A stretch of DNA of 64,000 nt from Lama glama (GCA_028534125.1 CM052816.1:63800001-63864000); one strand, 5' to 3'; counted from the first letter of the stretch, positions 12,294 to 25,627 are shown. Program-made: numbers and translations. Notes: generated by a model from the letters alone, not told the origin.

Positions 12294-13190
12294 TTAACCA
12301 CTGGCTGCAAAGCAGGTTTTTTTAATCCAGAAGATGGGGGAATCTAGACATAAAAACCAGCTCAATACAAGGTTCGTTCTCTTCTCCTTTTTCTTTACCT
12401 TCCCCTCCTTTTCCTTATTTTCCTCTTTCTTTTCTTTCTCCTTCTGTTTTTTTCCCCTTTTTTCTGGCAAGAGTGGATTGATTTTGGCATTGTATAAAGC
12501 TGAGGCTAGAATTCTCTGTTGATGCAGATAGTCTTGGTTGAGTCTTTTCCCGTGAGCGCATGGTGCTGCTCTGGTTTGTGTAGGTATCTGGGTCAGCAGA
12601 GGCATCCCTGCCTAAAGAATCAATGTTGTGCGCCACAGTGCAGGCCCCGTCATCAGCAGCAACACACCATGTTGCCGTGAAGAGCAGTGTCATTAGAAGC
12701 CTGGTCAGGCGTTCAAAGTCTCCCTGTTCTTGGGAAACTGGTCTCTCCTTTGCACTGAGTGATTCCTTTGGGCAATTCAGTTCTGGGGAGGCTTCAAGAG
12801 ACATACAAACTTCTCTTTCAAAGGGTAATGGGATCTTCAGCAACTAATGGGGAAAATGAAAAAGGTTTGCATCCCAAGTTAAAGTGATAACCAATGACAC
12901 AAGGAAAGAACTGTCATGGGAGCCTTTTCTGTGTGGCCCTGTGGTGCCATCCCAAACGTTCCCTGCTCTCCACAGTTCTATGCCACTTATCTGAGGCAGA
13001 TCGATATCTGAATTCTCAGATACCTCAGACAAGAGCCCTGATGTCACCCAAATTTATAGCAAGATATTTGGTGAACCCCACTCTTGTTGTCATAGCGTGC
13101 TTCATTACCCTGAAGCAAATGGTCAGGACATGAAGCAGATGAAGATGACTGAGCGAGGCTGGATGGTGGTTGGACAACATTATTTTTCAT
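12294..13190 (-). pseudogene. Candidate disrupted coding segment or orphan exon (unidentified; K/E-rich C-terminus)
   Basis: ORFs 12844..13047 and 12415..12843 are in the same frame, separated by one TAG; flanking frames join by single-base shifts; no repeat recognised. Confidence 0.3.
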
Positions 13191-13384
13191 GTCTTAATGT
13201 ATTAATTCCTATCTTACCTAAAAGTGATTGGAACAGGTTGTACCAGATAAAGGGAGAAAAATATCCTGACAGCAATAGGTGGTTTTCTAGAAAGACAGTG
13301 GGTGTTTTGACATCATTTAATGTGGGTGACTCAGGAGAAGGGGAAGGGATTATATTTTTTGCATATCTATTACGTAGGCATTTT

Positions 13385-13550
13385 GATAGGCTAGTTATGT
13401 GCTTTAACTTATTTGTTATTCACTTAAATTAATACTATTATGCCCATTTCAGAGATTTAAAAACTAAATCTGTGAGGTTAAGTGATTTACTCGAGGTTAT
13501 CTAGGGAGGAGCAAAACCTTTGAACCAGAGTTGCCTAATTCAAAACCTCA
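13385..13550 (-). mobile_element. MIR SINE
   Basis: 'tattatgcccatttcagag...gaggttaagtgatttactcgaggttatc'. Confidence 0.7.
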
Positions 13551-13624
13551 GGGTGTACAACTCCGAGAAGCCACTGCTGTGGAGCAAAGCCATGGGGAAT
13601 CTAAGAGCAGGTGATAGGAGTAGG

Positions 13625-14066
13625 TTTAGATGGTGTAAGGATAGACTGTATGCTGTAACATATAGCTCAAGTGTGTAATAGCTCAAACACAATAGAAATT
13701 CATATCTCATTCATATCACAGAGCAAGGAGATATTCCTCATCTGCCGACAGCTCTCCTACAAGTGGTGGTTTGGGGACCAGGACTCCTTCCGCATCTAGA
13801 TCATCTAGATGTCTTCCAAGGATGTCTTCATCCATCCAGTGGAAGAAAGAAAGAATAGAGAAAGTGCACCTGTGTTTTAAAAGCCTTTGCCTGGAAGGGG
13901 CACATACAGTTTTGTACATATTCTATTTGGAAAAACTAGTTACTTGGCCACAGTTAGCCCCAAGGTGGTTAAGACATGTGGTCCTTGGCTGGGCAGCCAC
14001 CTTCTAGTTACATCTGTGTACTACCAAAGGGAAGCATACTTTTTGAACAGCTAGCTCTCTGTCACA
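13625..14066 (-). mobile_element. MaLR solo LTR (old MLT1, MLT1H-J-like)
   Basis: 'gctcaaacacaatagaaattcatatctc...ggggaccaggactccttcc...ggctgggcagccacc...ctctctgtcaca'. Confidence 0.75.
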
Positions 14067-14370
14067 AGTAAGCCAGTCAGGAGGTGTGCATGCTGTCACT
14101 GTCATATTGATCTTGTTTCTGGGGTTTAAAGACAAGACTGCAGATTAAGAAATGGGGACCATTAAGGCTAATCTTCAGTCTTGACCTCAGCAAAACAAAG
14201 GCACATGCACATACATACATACAGATAGAGAGAAAGACAGAAACTCTGGGAATAAGATAGTTCAACACCTGCATATATGTGAGATTGCTGTCATTTTCAA
14301 AACTTTATTTTATGATATAGGATTGTTTAACTTTGAATTTTACATTAGATGAGGAAGAAGGCAAGGAAGT

Positions 14371-14809
14371 TGTGATGGTTCATTTTATATGTCAAATTGA
14401 CTGAGTTAAAGGATGCCCAGATGGCTGGTAAAACATTATTTCTGGGTGTGTCTGTGAGGATGTTTCTGGGAGAGATGAGCATTTGAATCCATGGGCTGAG
14501 TAACATCATCCAATTCATTGACAGACTGAATTGAACAAAAAGAGGGAGGAAGGGAGAATTTGCTCTTTTTGCTGGAGCCATAATATCCATTTTCTTCTGT
14601 GCTGGACATCGGTGCTCCTGGATTTCAGGCCTTCAAACTCAGACTGAAGTACACCACCAGCTTTCCTGGGTCCCCAGCTTGCAGACAGCAGGTCGTGGGG
14701 CTTCTTGGCCTCCATATTGTGTGAGCCAATTCCTATAGTAAGTCTCCTCCTATGTATATTTGTATATATCCTGCTGATTATGTTTCCCTGGAGAAACTTG
14801 ACTAATACA
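14371..14809 (+). mobile_element. MLT2 (ERV-L) solo LTR with perfect 5-bp TSD GAAGT
   Basis: Reads tgtgatggttcattttatatgtcaa...aaacttgactaataca; GAAGT at 14366-14370 and at 14810-14814. Confidence 0.95.
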
Positions 14810-16354
14810 GAAGTGAAGGGAGTATATAATATTTAGAGTACCTAAAATTCTAAAATTCCTCTAAAAACTCTTTTTTTTCCCAACATTTAATTTTCTTTAT
14901 TTCCTTCTGCTTTAATACGATGTATCACTTTTTGGATCCTATTAAGTCAGAGTGTTTCAAGATTATAAAGTGTAACAGCAATATAAAACCAATGTCTGAT
15001 TTTACTAGTAGAGTACATTAAGCATTGAAAGTCCAAATCAATTTGCATGACTCAGCTGTTGCACAGATTGACACTCTGTGCATTTGTAATAGTGAGTTTA
15101 AAAATTCCTAACTCTGTTCCTGATGGTTGTTTATCAAGAAAAACCCAGACCATGAAGATCAAGACAGCACCTGGTTCCTGGAGTCTGGGTAGGAAGAAAT
15201 ACCTTGGTCTCAGGAATAGGCAGGAGCCAAGTCACTAGTGGAGCCCAGGGTTAGAGCCCAGGGATTAACAGTTAGTTGGGCTAATGTGTCCCCAAGCCAT
15301 GTGTGGACTGACCTGGAGCTCCCACGTCTGCTGAGAAGGGACCACAGCCTGGGATGAAGCAGTCAGGGACTCCAGCTAAGAGTGGAAGGACATGTAGAGC
15401 CATGAGCTGGGCAGAGTCACAGGTCCCAGACTCCAGGAGCACCCTTTTGATGCTTAAATTTTGAGGAACTAATGTGAGGGGCCAAGGCTGAGCTAATATG
15501 AAGGGCCAATACTTGGGGAGAGCCTGCCTTGTTGTCAGTTATTAGTTTTTGCCTTTACTTTTGGACTCACATTTTACCTTTACAGGGCAGAATCAGCCCA
15601 GGGTTATTAAGGACAATAAAGTACTGTTTTCTCTGTTGAAGGTCAGCTTCTTTGTGCCTGCTGGCCACTCCATCCAACATTACAACTAACAGAGAAATGG
15701 CCAGTACAGTAGGAAGGTGGCAGAAAGATCTGCATAAAGGAAGAACACAGAAAAAAAGTTTCTTCCAGAGTAAGAATATTCTAAGCAGTTCTAAGCCATG
15801 GGGTGAAGCACTCTCTAATATTGCAGTGAGGTTACCCTCACCTTTGCACTGAACTGAAGGAGTGGCTTCTGGCTGGTCAGCAGTGTGGCTGCAGCATCCC
15901 TGAATGGTCTGTGAGGTCTGGGAATCTCTAATTTTTTCTAGCCTGTGTTTTTTAGGGTTGCCAGAGCCTCATTCTCTGGGGGGTAGATGCAAAATCTCTA
16001 GGATGTGCAATCTCTCTTCTCAGCTCCTTTTCCTGTGGGCTACACAGCCCTGGCAGTTGTGCAACGAGAAAGAGAGGGTCAGGAGGCAGCTGGCTGTGCA
16101 GTCTGAATTCTAGGAAAATGCAGACATAATTTAGGGATGGCTGCCCAGACCCTGGTGTATTGTATCATAACATGTGCATGTGGCATTGCTTAGGAAACAG
16201 AGATTTAATTCCAAACTTGACAGTTGTGCCACAGCCTATAAAATATTTACATTGTTTTTCTAAATATATATTATTTACTTTACAATCTATAAATATTTAC
16301 ATGGAAACATTTTTCAAAGATACTATATTCCCAATATTATTTCTACACCACTGA

Positions 16355-16500
16355 CTACTGGACTGGGAGTCAGGAGACCTGGGTTCTGGTTCTGGCTTTG
16401 GGCTATGAGCCTGTGTGACTTCGGGTGAGTCAATTCATTTCTCTGATTTTCTCATGTGTAAAGAAAGGGGAAGGAACTGTGAAATATCCAAGATCGCTTT
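16355..16500 (+). mobile_element. MIR (MIRc/MIR3-like)
   Basis: 'ctggactgggagtcaggagacctgggttctggttctggct...tgtgtgacttcgggtgagtca'. Confidence 0.75.
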
Positions 16501-16734
16501 CAGCTGCAACACTTTCTGGTTCATTTCCTTTAGGCAGGTACAGACAGGCAGCCCTCAGCCCGTAGCAATCCCTGAGCATTCTGCCAGGGATACCCTTGTG
16601 AGTTTTCATCACAGCACAGAGAGGAGCATCATGTCAAATGGAAGAGGAGCATCGCAGTGTGGGTGGGAGCAGAGTTTGATGTCTAAATTGAAAGGAGAAG
16701 CAGAAGTCAGGAATACAAGTTGTCTTAGAGGCAA

Positions 16735-16985
16735 ACAATAGCAAAGAATATAGGCTTTGGAGAAGGGCATGTCTGAGAGTGAGCCCAGCTTTGGGGATCC
16801 CTATTTTGTGATCTTGGGCAATTTGTTTAAACCTCTGAACCTCAGTCTCTTTATGTGTAAAATAAAGAGATTAATACTAAGTGCCTCGGGTGTTGTTCTG
16901 AGGATCCCTTTAGTTGGAAATCTGAAGTGCATTTTATATTTAATTTGGCATATGGTAAGGGCTCAGTAAACATTAACTATTATTT
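16735..16985 (+). mobile_element. MIR SINE
   Basis: 'gtgatcttgggcaatttgtttaaacctctgaacctcagt...tgtaaaata...tggcatatggtaagggctcagtaaacattaactatt'. Confidence 0.85.
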
Positions 16986-17309
16986 TTGTTATTGACTTAT
17001 CAGAAAGTCATCTATCAAGAGACTGCAAATCTCCTTCAAATATTTCCTTTAAAGTTGCCTATCAAATTCTCCCAAAAAGGAACCCTTTTGGATTCCCTCT
17101 TGTTTATAAATTGGTTCCTTTAATTGCTAACTTGTTGTCATACAAAATGGATCATAATTGTGGAGAAAAAGGTAAGAATTTTGTGGAGTAGGCTATTAGT
17201 CTATATCATTTAAATATAATTACATGATTAACCATTACACTAACTTGTTTAGTTGCAAGCTCTGGGAAGATTTGAATCACTCCGTGCATGAGGATGTCTT
17301 TTTAATATC

Positions 17310-17431
17310 AGGGCATCTCTTCCTCGTTTGCCTGGAATAGTCCTAAGTCCTCATCCTTCACTTATTATTTAAAGTGAACCTTTTTGCTTTCAGAAGTATC
17401 CTGGTGTGGACAATAATTTATAAAGTTACCC
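17310..17431. mobile_element. hAT-Blackjack MITE (MER94-like)
   Basis: Termini 'agggcatc...gtttgcctggaatagtcc' and 'gtgtggacaataatttataaagttaccct'. Confidence 0.6.
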
Positions 17432-17739
17432 TTCTTAAATTAATTACATGTTGGGTTGATGGTTATTTCTACAAAAAGCTAAATTTGGGAACACTATTTT
17501 CATGAAGAAGTCAAATTAGATATACATCACTTCAACTTCGGTCATTTTCTGGGGTGTCTAATTCTCGTACATGTGGCCTGCAAGGGACTAGAAGCTACTG
17601 AAGACAGTATTGAGAAATTTCCACAGGAATAGTGTGTCTCAGGACTGTCCAAAGTCTTAAAATCAAACTGTAACTATGATTTGAGGAAAATAATTATGAA
17701 AATTCTTGATAATATTATTAGATTTTAATTCTTTGGTCC

Positions 17740-18740
17740 TTCCTTTCTGCATTGAGAACACAGTGGGGAACAAGTACAATACAGTCCACTCTTGCCTCCA
17801 TGGGGCTCACGTTTTACCGAAGAACATAGATGAAACAGACATTCCATCAGAAATTTTTTCAACAGAAAAAAAAATTGTGACAAGTTTAATAAAGGAACAA
17901 AGAAAGAACTAAGGTGGAACATAACGGAAGTGTTTTTAATTGGGTTGTTGGAGAAGGCCTCTTGAGGATGTAGCATGTAAACGGTAAGTGCAAAAGAGTA
18001 AAAGAGAGAAGTACTATAGTGTGTATGAAAAGCTACTTCATTCAAAGGCCCTAAGTCAAGAAAGAGTTGGATATGTTCGGGGAACTAAGAGAAGATCAGT
18101 GTGTCTAGAAATCACTGAGCAAGGGGAGAGCCTGGCATGAGATGAGGTGGGAAAAATGAACAGAGACCACAGGTCATGCAGGGCTCAAGTACCCAAGTTT
18201 GGGGGCCAGAAGATTTTTATTTCAAAAATATTAAAACATAAAAATTGAGATGTTTCTGATACATTCAAGTGAAGAGCATCAAATAAGCAGTTGGGTGTGA
18301 TATGTATTATGGGTCTCTGAGAAGTATTGAACTGGAGTTATAAATTTGGTACTCATTAGCAGATTCATGGAATTAAACATTGGGAATGATGAGATCACCT
18401 AGGGGGAGAGTATATACAGAAAGAAGGAAGGAAGGAGGAAGGTAGAATGGAAGGAAGGGAGGAAAGAAGAGTAGGAAGTATAGGTGTTAGCCCTGAGTAA
18501 TATCGACATGTGAAAGTGAGGGAGGAGATGGAGACAACACTGGGAAAGAGGAAAGAGCCACTGAGGTAAGGAAAACCAGGAGAGAGAGATGACAGAAGTC
18601 AAGAGAAGAGGGTGTTCCAGGACAGAGGACGTAGTCTAACAAGATGAGAACAGAGAAGTATCCATTGGATTTGATCACAAGGTTGGAGATGACTGGAGAC
18701 CTGACAAGACCAGGTGAATCACTGTCTTTGGTATTTGAAA
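17740..18740 (-). mobile_element. L2 LINE fragments
   Basis: 'aaaggccctaag...gagatgaggtggg...ctggagttataaatttgg...gatgagatcacctaggg...aagatgagaacagagaagtatccattggattt'. Confidence 0.85.
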
Positions 18741-19054
18741 ATGTCATGTTGGGACCTTAGCAGCAGGCCTGTGGAGGAGGTTGTTGGGGCCCAGGGAGGC
18801 TTGGAATAGGTAGGGCAGTGGGTACTGCTGTATATCATAATTTACATAGTATAGGCTGAACACACAGTAGAATGTCCGGAAATGTTTATGCATTGACTTT
18901 TTAAAAAGAAACAAAATATACCCTGCAGTTGACGTTCCTTTTTCACTCTGTGAGAGGTGAAGTCTGAAGGACACAGTCTCGTAAAAGCCCAACATAGATT
19001 TCTCTCAAAAACAACACATGAAATAATTCAATCCTATTGCTCTGTAAGCAGGAA

Positions 19055-19200
19055 TGTTACAGTATTATTATCCCAGTTTCAGAGACCCAGAAGTTGAGGT
19101 TGAAAGGCTAAGCAAATTGGCCAAGATCCCATAGCCTTTTGTGGAAGAGACAAGCGCTCCCCAGACTGGTCTGAGTCCCAAGCCTGTGGTCCTCCCACTC
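19055..19200 (-). mobile_element. MIR fragment
   Basis: 'tattattatcccagtttcagag...gaagttgagg...aaattggccaagatcccatag'. Confidence 0.65.
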
Positions 19201-22092
19201 CTCTCCAGGAAAGAAATCCTTGATTCATGATCCTCAGGCCATGTTAGCTCCCAGAGCAATGACTTGGAAGATGGTCATTCTTTTGGGGTTTTTCTTCTCT
19301 TCTCAGTTCTTTCTCCCTTTCCTTGGGTAAACTTTCACTTCCTCTATTTCTTTTTTTGGGCATTCCTTGTGCAGTGACTGGAGAGTTAATGAGGTACTGG
19401 GTCCCCTCCCTAGCCCTTTCTTTTGACTTTTAATTCTGTGAATGTTTCATCATCAAAAGTCAAAAGGAACAGGGCAAAGGTAAATGGATGACTTTCTAGG
19501 TTGGAGAGAGGGAGGGAGAAATTGCACATGAGCAGGGCCATTGTGTGAGGGATCATGAGGGCTGTGTACACATAATTTAATTTACAGCAAGGATCTTATT
19601 ATCACACTCATGTACTGAGCTGATAAAACCCTTTTTCTTAATTCTTTTGAATGATTAGTATGAGGTGGTCATACATACACAGTGTAGTCATTACTCCAAA
19701 AATGAAGCCTGAACAGGCACTTACACAGTTTACACAGCTGTCTGAGCTTCACTTAGGGACCAGGGAGCACTGAGCCAAGCCAGGTGGACAGGGTCCTCAG
19801 TGATGTGGCAGCATCACCCTGGGAGTTCTGGTGTCCAAACCACTGGGCAAGCAGGATTTCAGAGGCTCAGAGAACAGAAATCCAGAGAGGATGTCCCAGA
19901 TGGATCATTTAAAAATATCAGAACATTCTGCATTTCCCCTGGTCACTGCTCTCATGCTTCTGAGCTGCTCAGTGACCATAGGAAGAAAGGGATAGCTTTA
20001 TAAAAATTCCTCACAGTGGTACTTTAATTAAAACAAAATCCTTCTATGTTCTATAGCATTTAAAAGCTTTATTGTAATAAATGTTTGCAGAAATAAAGCT
20101 TTCCTTTGTGTTCCTTTGCAACACAGGGAAAGCTGGCCGCATTTCCACAGCAGTGTGGGATGCTGGAGAGAGAGGGCCTCTTGAATGTGGGATGCAAATT
20201 TATGAAAACAACATGCAAATCACCATAGTTCCAGTGATTCAAAACAAACAAACACACACACACATGATGGGAAAGAATGATTACTGTGCCTCGTAGAGGA
20301 TACCTGACTCTGCTCCTGGGGTTCTCCAGGTGTGTGTGTGTGTGTTTGTATGTCTCAGTGCATGTGTGCCTAAGTGTGTATGCAGGTGTTTGCAGGGTGA
20401 CAGAGAAGAAGCACTGAGATCTGAATGCTCCAAGGAAACTAGCACTTCAGCTCTTCTTTGCTATTTCCTGAGACCCAAGGCAATGCCTTCCCTTGTCAAG
20501 AATAATCATTATTATTGGGATAGAGCAGGGTTATATGTCTATTCAACTGTGCAGAAGAAAGTGTTATAACACGGAAAGAACACGCAGGACTGTGAGTCAG
20601 GCTGGGAGGACTCCTTTTAAATGCTGGCAGGGGCACCCTGCCCCATCATGCTTTAGATGATCTAGCTCTGGAATTCTTCCCGGCCTTGTCTCTGCCCCGG
20701 GAGAGGAATCTGCCAGGCCAATGGCACATGCCCCTTCGGAACTGGCAACTCTCTTGCAGGTCACATTCTGGGTAACTGGAGAAATGCCAGAATTCTAGGA
20801 TGGAATGTGGCCTGCTGGATTGTCAGGAAGGTATGCTTAGCAAGGGAGGAGAATAGATTCTATTTCACAGTTTGCCAGCTTGACTTGTGACTTTTAGATG
20901 TCCAGCCCTATAGAACGTGAGTCTCCTCTAGTTCTCGGGCCCTGGCACCGCCACTGTGAGGAGTGGACCTGGCCAGAGGACATTTGCTAGTCCTGGGTCA
21001 GCCTCTACTGCTTATGTTGTCCTAGACAAATTCATTTTCTCTCTGGGCCTTGGATCCCTCATTGGTCAGTTAGGGTTATGGTAAAGTTGGACCAGATGAG
21101 CTCTAAGTACTTTGAAAGATAAACATCTCTGCAAAAGGTAGGACATTTAACAATAGTCTCCTGGGCCTGGTGACCCACAGGGGTTGAGACACTGAAAAGA
21201 GGATGCACATTGCTGGCTCCATACAAATTGTATAGTCATGGTTTCTGAGCTGGAATGGGATTCAATGGTTTAAAAATCTGTTAGATTCATCAAAGGTGTA
21301 AATCTTGGAATATTAGATTTGCACACAATTGTAGAGCATTGCATTAATTAATTTAATCTAATTTAATTGTGCATACTTGGATTTACAGTCTTCTGAAGTT
21401 AGTATGCAAACTTATGCATACTAACACACAAATACAAATAAGAATTCAAGTGCTTTAAACAACCTACCCGAAGACTGTAGCACCATAACCTAGAACTCAC
21501 GATTATCAACATTTGTCCAACAATTAAACCCTGTACTAGGTGATACAGTTTATGAATGAACTCTTGCAAGTCCTCTTCATTCGGGACAAACAGGTGCCCT
21601 GCAAGCTCAGTGTATGGAGATTCTGAGGCAAACTAGTGCAGAAGTTACACCAAACGCGTATTTTCCTTTTCCCACTTTCAGGTCAGTCCCCCTAATGTCT
21701 GCCCCTACCCCCTTCTCACCTCATGAATAATCAGCTGGTAGGTCTGGCAGTCAGACAGGTGCCTATCAAAATGGGGGCGTGATGAACCCGTGGTGGTTTG
21801 CTTCCTCTTTGCTTTGCAGATACGCAGCCCAAACATCCCAGTCTGTCTCAGGACCTTCTATTTTAATAAGTGTCTGGTGCCAGAGAAGGTGGTCATTCTG
21901 GAGAGATGAGGGTTGCCCGCCCCTTTGGTTTACCACCGTCCTTCACAACTTTTAGAAGATGCCCTGGTTTCTCCTCCTTTATATTTCACAGGCAGGAGAG
22001 TTACAAGAGCAGACTATGGTGAAGGGAGCCCTAGTGGTACCTTCCATGTCTCTGCTTCCTCAAAGCTCCTGCAGATGGGCTCAACAGTCCAG

Positions 22093-22428
22093 AGCAGCAT
22101 TGTCCAATAAAACTGTACCTCAGACTACAGATGTGAGCTACACGTATAATTTTCCATTTTCTAGTGGCAAATTAAAAGAGTAAAGAGGAACAGGTAAAAT
22201 TAATTTTAATAATATATTTTGTTTAGATCCCAAGATCCAAAATAGTATCATTTCCATTTATAATCAGTATAAAAATTATTAATGAGACATTCTACCTCTT
22301 CTTTTTTTTCTTTAAACCAAGCCTTCGAAATCTGATGTCTCTTTTACCCTTGAAGCACAACTCATTTGGGACCAGCCATGCTTGAAGTGCTCAATAGCCA
22401 CATGTGGCTGGCAGATTGGACAGTGGAG
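22093..22428. mobile_element. MER33 (hAT-Charlie)
   Basis: 'gcattgtccaataaaact...ttttctagtggcaaattaaaag...gtgctcaatagccacatgtggctggcagattggacagtg'. Confidence 0.88.
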
Positions 22429-25400
22429 ACACAGAGCTTCCTCCTTCCCCAACAGGGGCTTACCACTGCAGAAGGCTGGAGATGGGAGGGGAGAGAAGCT
22501 TGGTTTTCAAATGAATGCACTGTCTGTTTATCTTTGCAGTAATATGAATAACCATCCTATCCCGTACGCCTACTTATGTAATTAATTAGCATTTATATAG
22601 CAGTTTATGTTTGCAGAGTGCTTTATTGATATAGTTGCCAGCATATTTATCTACTGGCATGTTATACTTTCATGTGTGCCTACCTGTGCTAATTACTGCT
22701 ATAATTATTGAAGTTATTTAAGAACACAACTCATAGTTATCTTTGAGAACCCCAGCAACCATTTTAATAACAACCATAAATTCCACCTTCCAATCTCCAA
22801 GTTCTGTCTATTTCACAAAGAAATTTTATACCTCCACCCAGTCTTCTCCAAGTTCTTGGCTGGCCTCAGAGTGAAAAATGCGTTTAAAAGCAATCTGGTA
22901 ATTGTCTTTTCCCCTTTGTCAGCTTAAATTTCACATGAATGAGATAGAAATATAATGACACATCTTCTAGTCATTACAACAACAGCCTCAATACCCAGCA
23001 TAAAAAGGACAATTACAAACAATGACCACTGCCACCCAGTAAAGCCAGTTCTAATATCAAATGTCATTTCCCACTCCCAATCCAAAACTTCTTTCTGACA
23101 AAAGGCAGAGTTCCTGAACAGGAGAGGGATGAGAGTGCAGGCAGGCAGAGACACCCAGTCCCTGTGCCCTGTCCCCCAGGTGACATGGTACCCTTTTGGT
23201 CTGTGCACCGGCTTTCTGAGAAGAGAAGCAGCCAGAGCTTGTTGAAGAGATGGGCAGAAGGCAGGCAATAGAAGAAATGAGGGAGCTTGAATAAGCAGTT
23301 CTTAGGCCTGAGAAATACAGAATTGTGCTGCAGTTGGGAGATTTGAAAGAACATTCCACCTTACTCATTCCCCTCCCCATCTCCTCTTTCCCTCCCTCCA
23401 AATCAATGAGGGGTAAAAATTACAGAGCTCCAATTCATTCCATGGTTCTGCCGCTCTCAGTGATTGGAAACACCAGCGAGGGGAATGACATACATCATGT
23501 GATGAAAGGAGAGTACAAAAATATTCACCAACAGCCATGAAATGCAGCTGCTTCCATAGCAGAACCGGGCGGCTCCTGAATAGAACACAGCAACACCACC
23601 CAAGAGATTTCGGACCAACTCTGCTCTGAAGCAATTTTGTGAGTCCAATATTGGGGATTAGAGGTGAACGTGAGAGATCTTACACCACAAATCACTGCAT
23701 ACCCAATGCCTCTGCTACCTGCTCTGGTCTCCCGTGGGGAAAAATCATTAAGCCTCTCTCTGTCTCTCTCTAAAATGGGGGCCGAATTAGTAACTTACCA
23801 CGAATGAGTGTTTTCTTAATTACTCACGTACAAATTGCTTGATATGAGTGAATGAAAGGTATCAAGGAGAATGCAGGCTATTACCATGATTATTTTTGCT
23901 CTAATACAAAGTAGCAGGCCAAAGCTTTTCTAGCTTTTGGATTATGTTTCAGTTCAGTGATACTTCAGGGAATGGCCTCTCAGGGCTCCGACCGCCATTA
24001 GCACAAGCAGCATTTCAGCGGCGAAGCCTGAGAGGCCCTGCATCCCCAGGCCTAGCTTGATTGATGTGGGAGTGTGCTTGGAGGAAAAGAGCAGATTTGG
24101 GAGAGGGAATGAGGGCGTGAGTGGTGGCCTCATCCTGGGCAGCCACATCGTGAAAACATTCATCTTTTTAACCCACTGTTTCCTCTCTCTGTGTGTCCGT
24201 CTCCCAGACTTGGTTTGAGGGCTGGCCCAGCTGGGCCAGGGGCACCCAGGCTGATTACTGTCAGAATCACACTCTTACTTGTTCTGAGGCATCAGACCTG
24301 ATCACAGGCATCATAAATAAACATGGGTTGACACAACATTTCCTTGCCAGCGAAGATGAGAGACAGCTTTCCTCTGCGTTATCTCTAAGGGCATATAGAA
24401 GGAGGGATGTGGGAGGGAACTTTACAAATGCCGGAACTGCAGTTTCCTTGAAATCTGACGGAGCCAGGGGCTTGTCCTACCACTAGTTTTACACCAGGAC
24501 TAGTACCAAAGCGAGCACCACTCATTTAAAAGGGTGGTAGTCCTGACCGGGACGGGCCTGTGAATCAAGCTGTTCTGCCTGGGGAATTCATATTGATAGT
24601 AGTTGGCCCTGATTTGCTATTGCATCTTTGAATCACACTGTGATGGTGTCTTCAGTGGGAATGTGGGCTAAAGAGAAAGTGACACAGATAGTAATTATGC
24701 TAGAAAGTCAGTGGCATTAGAGTAAGGCCTTGGAATGGTTTCTATGGAATTCTTTTGATCAAAACATTTGCTCTGTTGGAGAGAATACTATAGGATGCTT
24801 CTGAGTAATTAGACAAGTTCCACAGTCCAGTGGGATGGAAGGGAGAGGAAGCCTGTCGCTTGCTAGATTTCTCTGTTATACGTAGAGTTGTTTATTCATT
24901 TTGCTTATGAATTTCAGAATATTATTTTTGCTATTAATGTCCTAATAATAGTGATAGGAGAATATTTAAATCCCATTTAGCTTTTGACTCTGTGTAGAAA
25001 AACTCTTTCTCCTCCCATATGCAATTTTTTGACCATTCATTAATTGTACTGCTGCTTTCATAACTTTATTTACTGCCTTCTAAATATGTATCTTAATTTA
25101 TACTTCTAGTCCCACGGGGAGCCTATAAAATGTAAAATCTTGTATAATAGCAGAAGCAGCCACAAATATTTTAATATCCAGAGCTGCTTCTGAATCCTAA
25201 TTTTGCAGATGGCATGAAGTTCATTTTATAGCAGCTATTGAAAACTAATAAATGCCATCCACATCACTCAGCGTTGTCAATAATCCAGCAGATTGTGTGC
25301 CCAGGGGTGCTGGGAAGCAGGAGCAGCTCCCAGCTCCTTCCTCGCCAGCCTCCAGCTTCAGGCCCCAGAACTGCCTTGCCTTATCAGCTGCCGCAATTCT

Positions 25401-25627
25401 ATTCAGGTCAGCAATGAGGCGAGTCTTTTTGAACTTCTAATCTTCCAGTGGAGAGATACTCATAGGAGGGTAACTGCTGCACAGAACGCACAAGAGAGAA
25501 ATGTGAGCTTTTCCCTCCCTGCTTATTCTATTTGCATTCTTCAAAAGCAAGAGATGAGCAGAGGAGGAGGAGCGGCAGGGACCAGGCAGAGAGGCCACCA
25601 CCAAATTTGGTCCTAAGCCAGCTAAGT

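Noticed and set aside
12380..12463. Polypyrimidine tract as a plus-strand acceptor or H-DNA element
   Set aside because: No convincing downstream exon or mirror symmetry; better explained as the K/E-coding minus strand or as low complexity
24494..24546. Imperfect hairpin (caggacta..cca / tggtagtcctg) as a pre-miRNA
   Set aside because: The stem is short and bulged, and I recognise no miRNA or snoRNA motif
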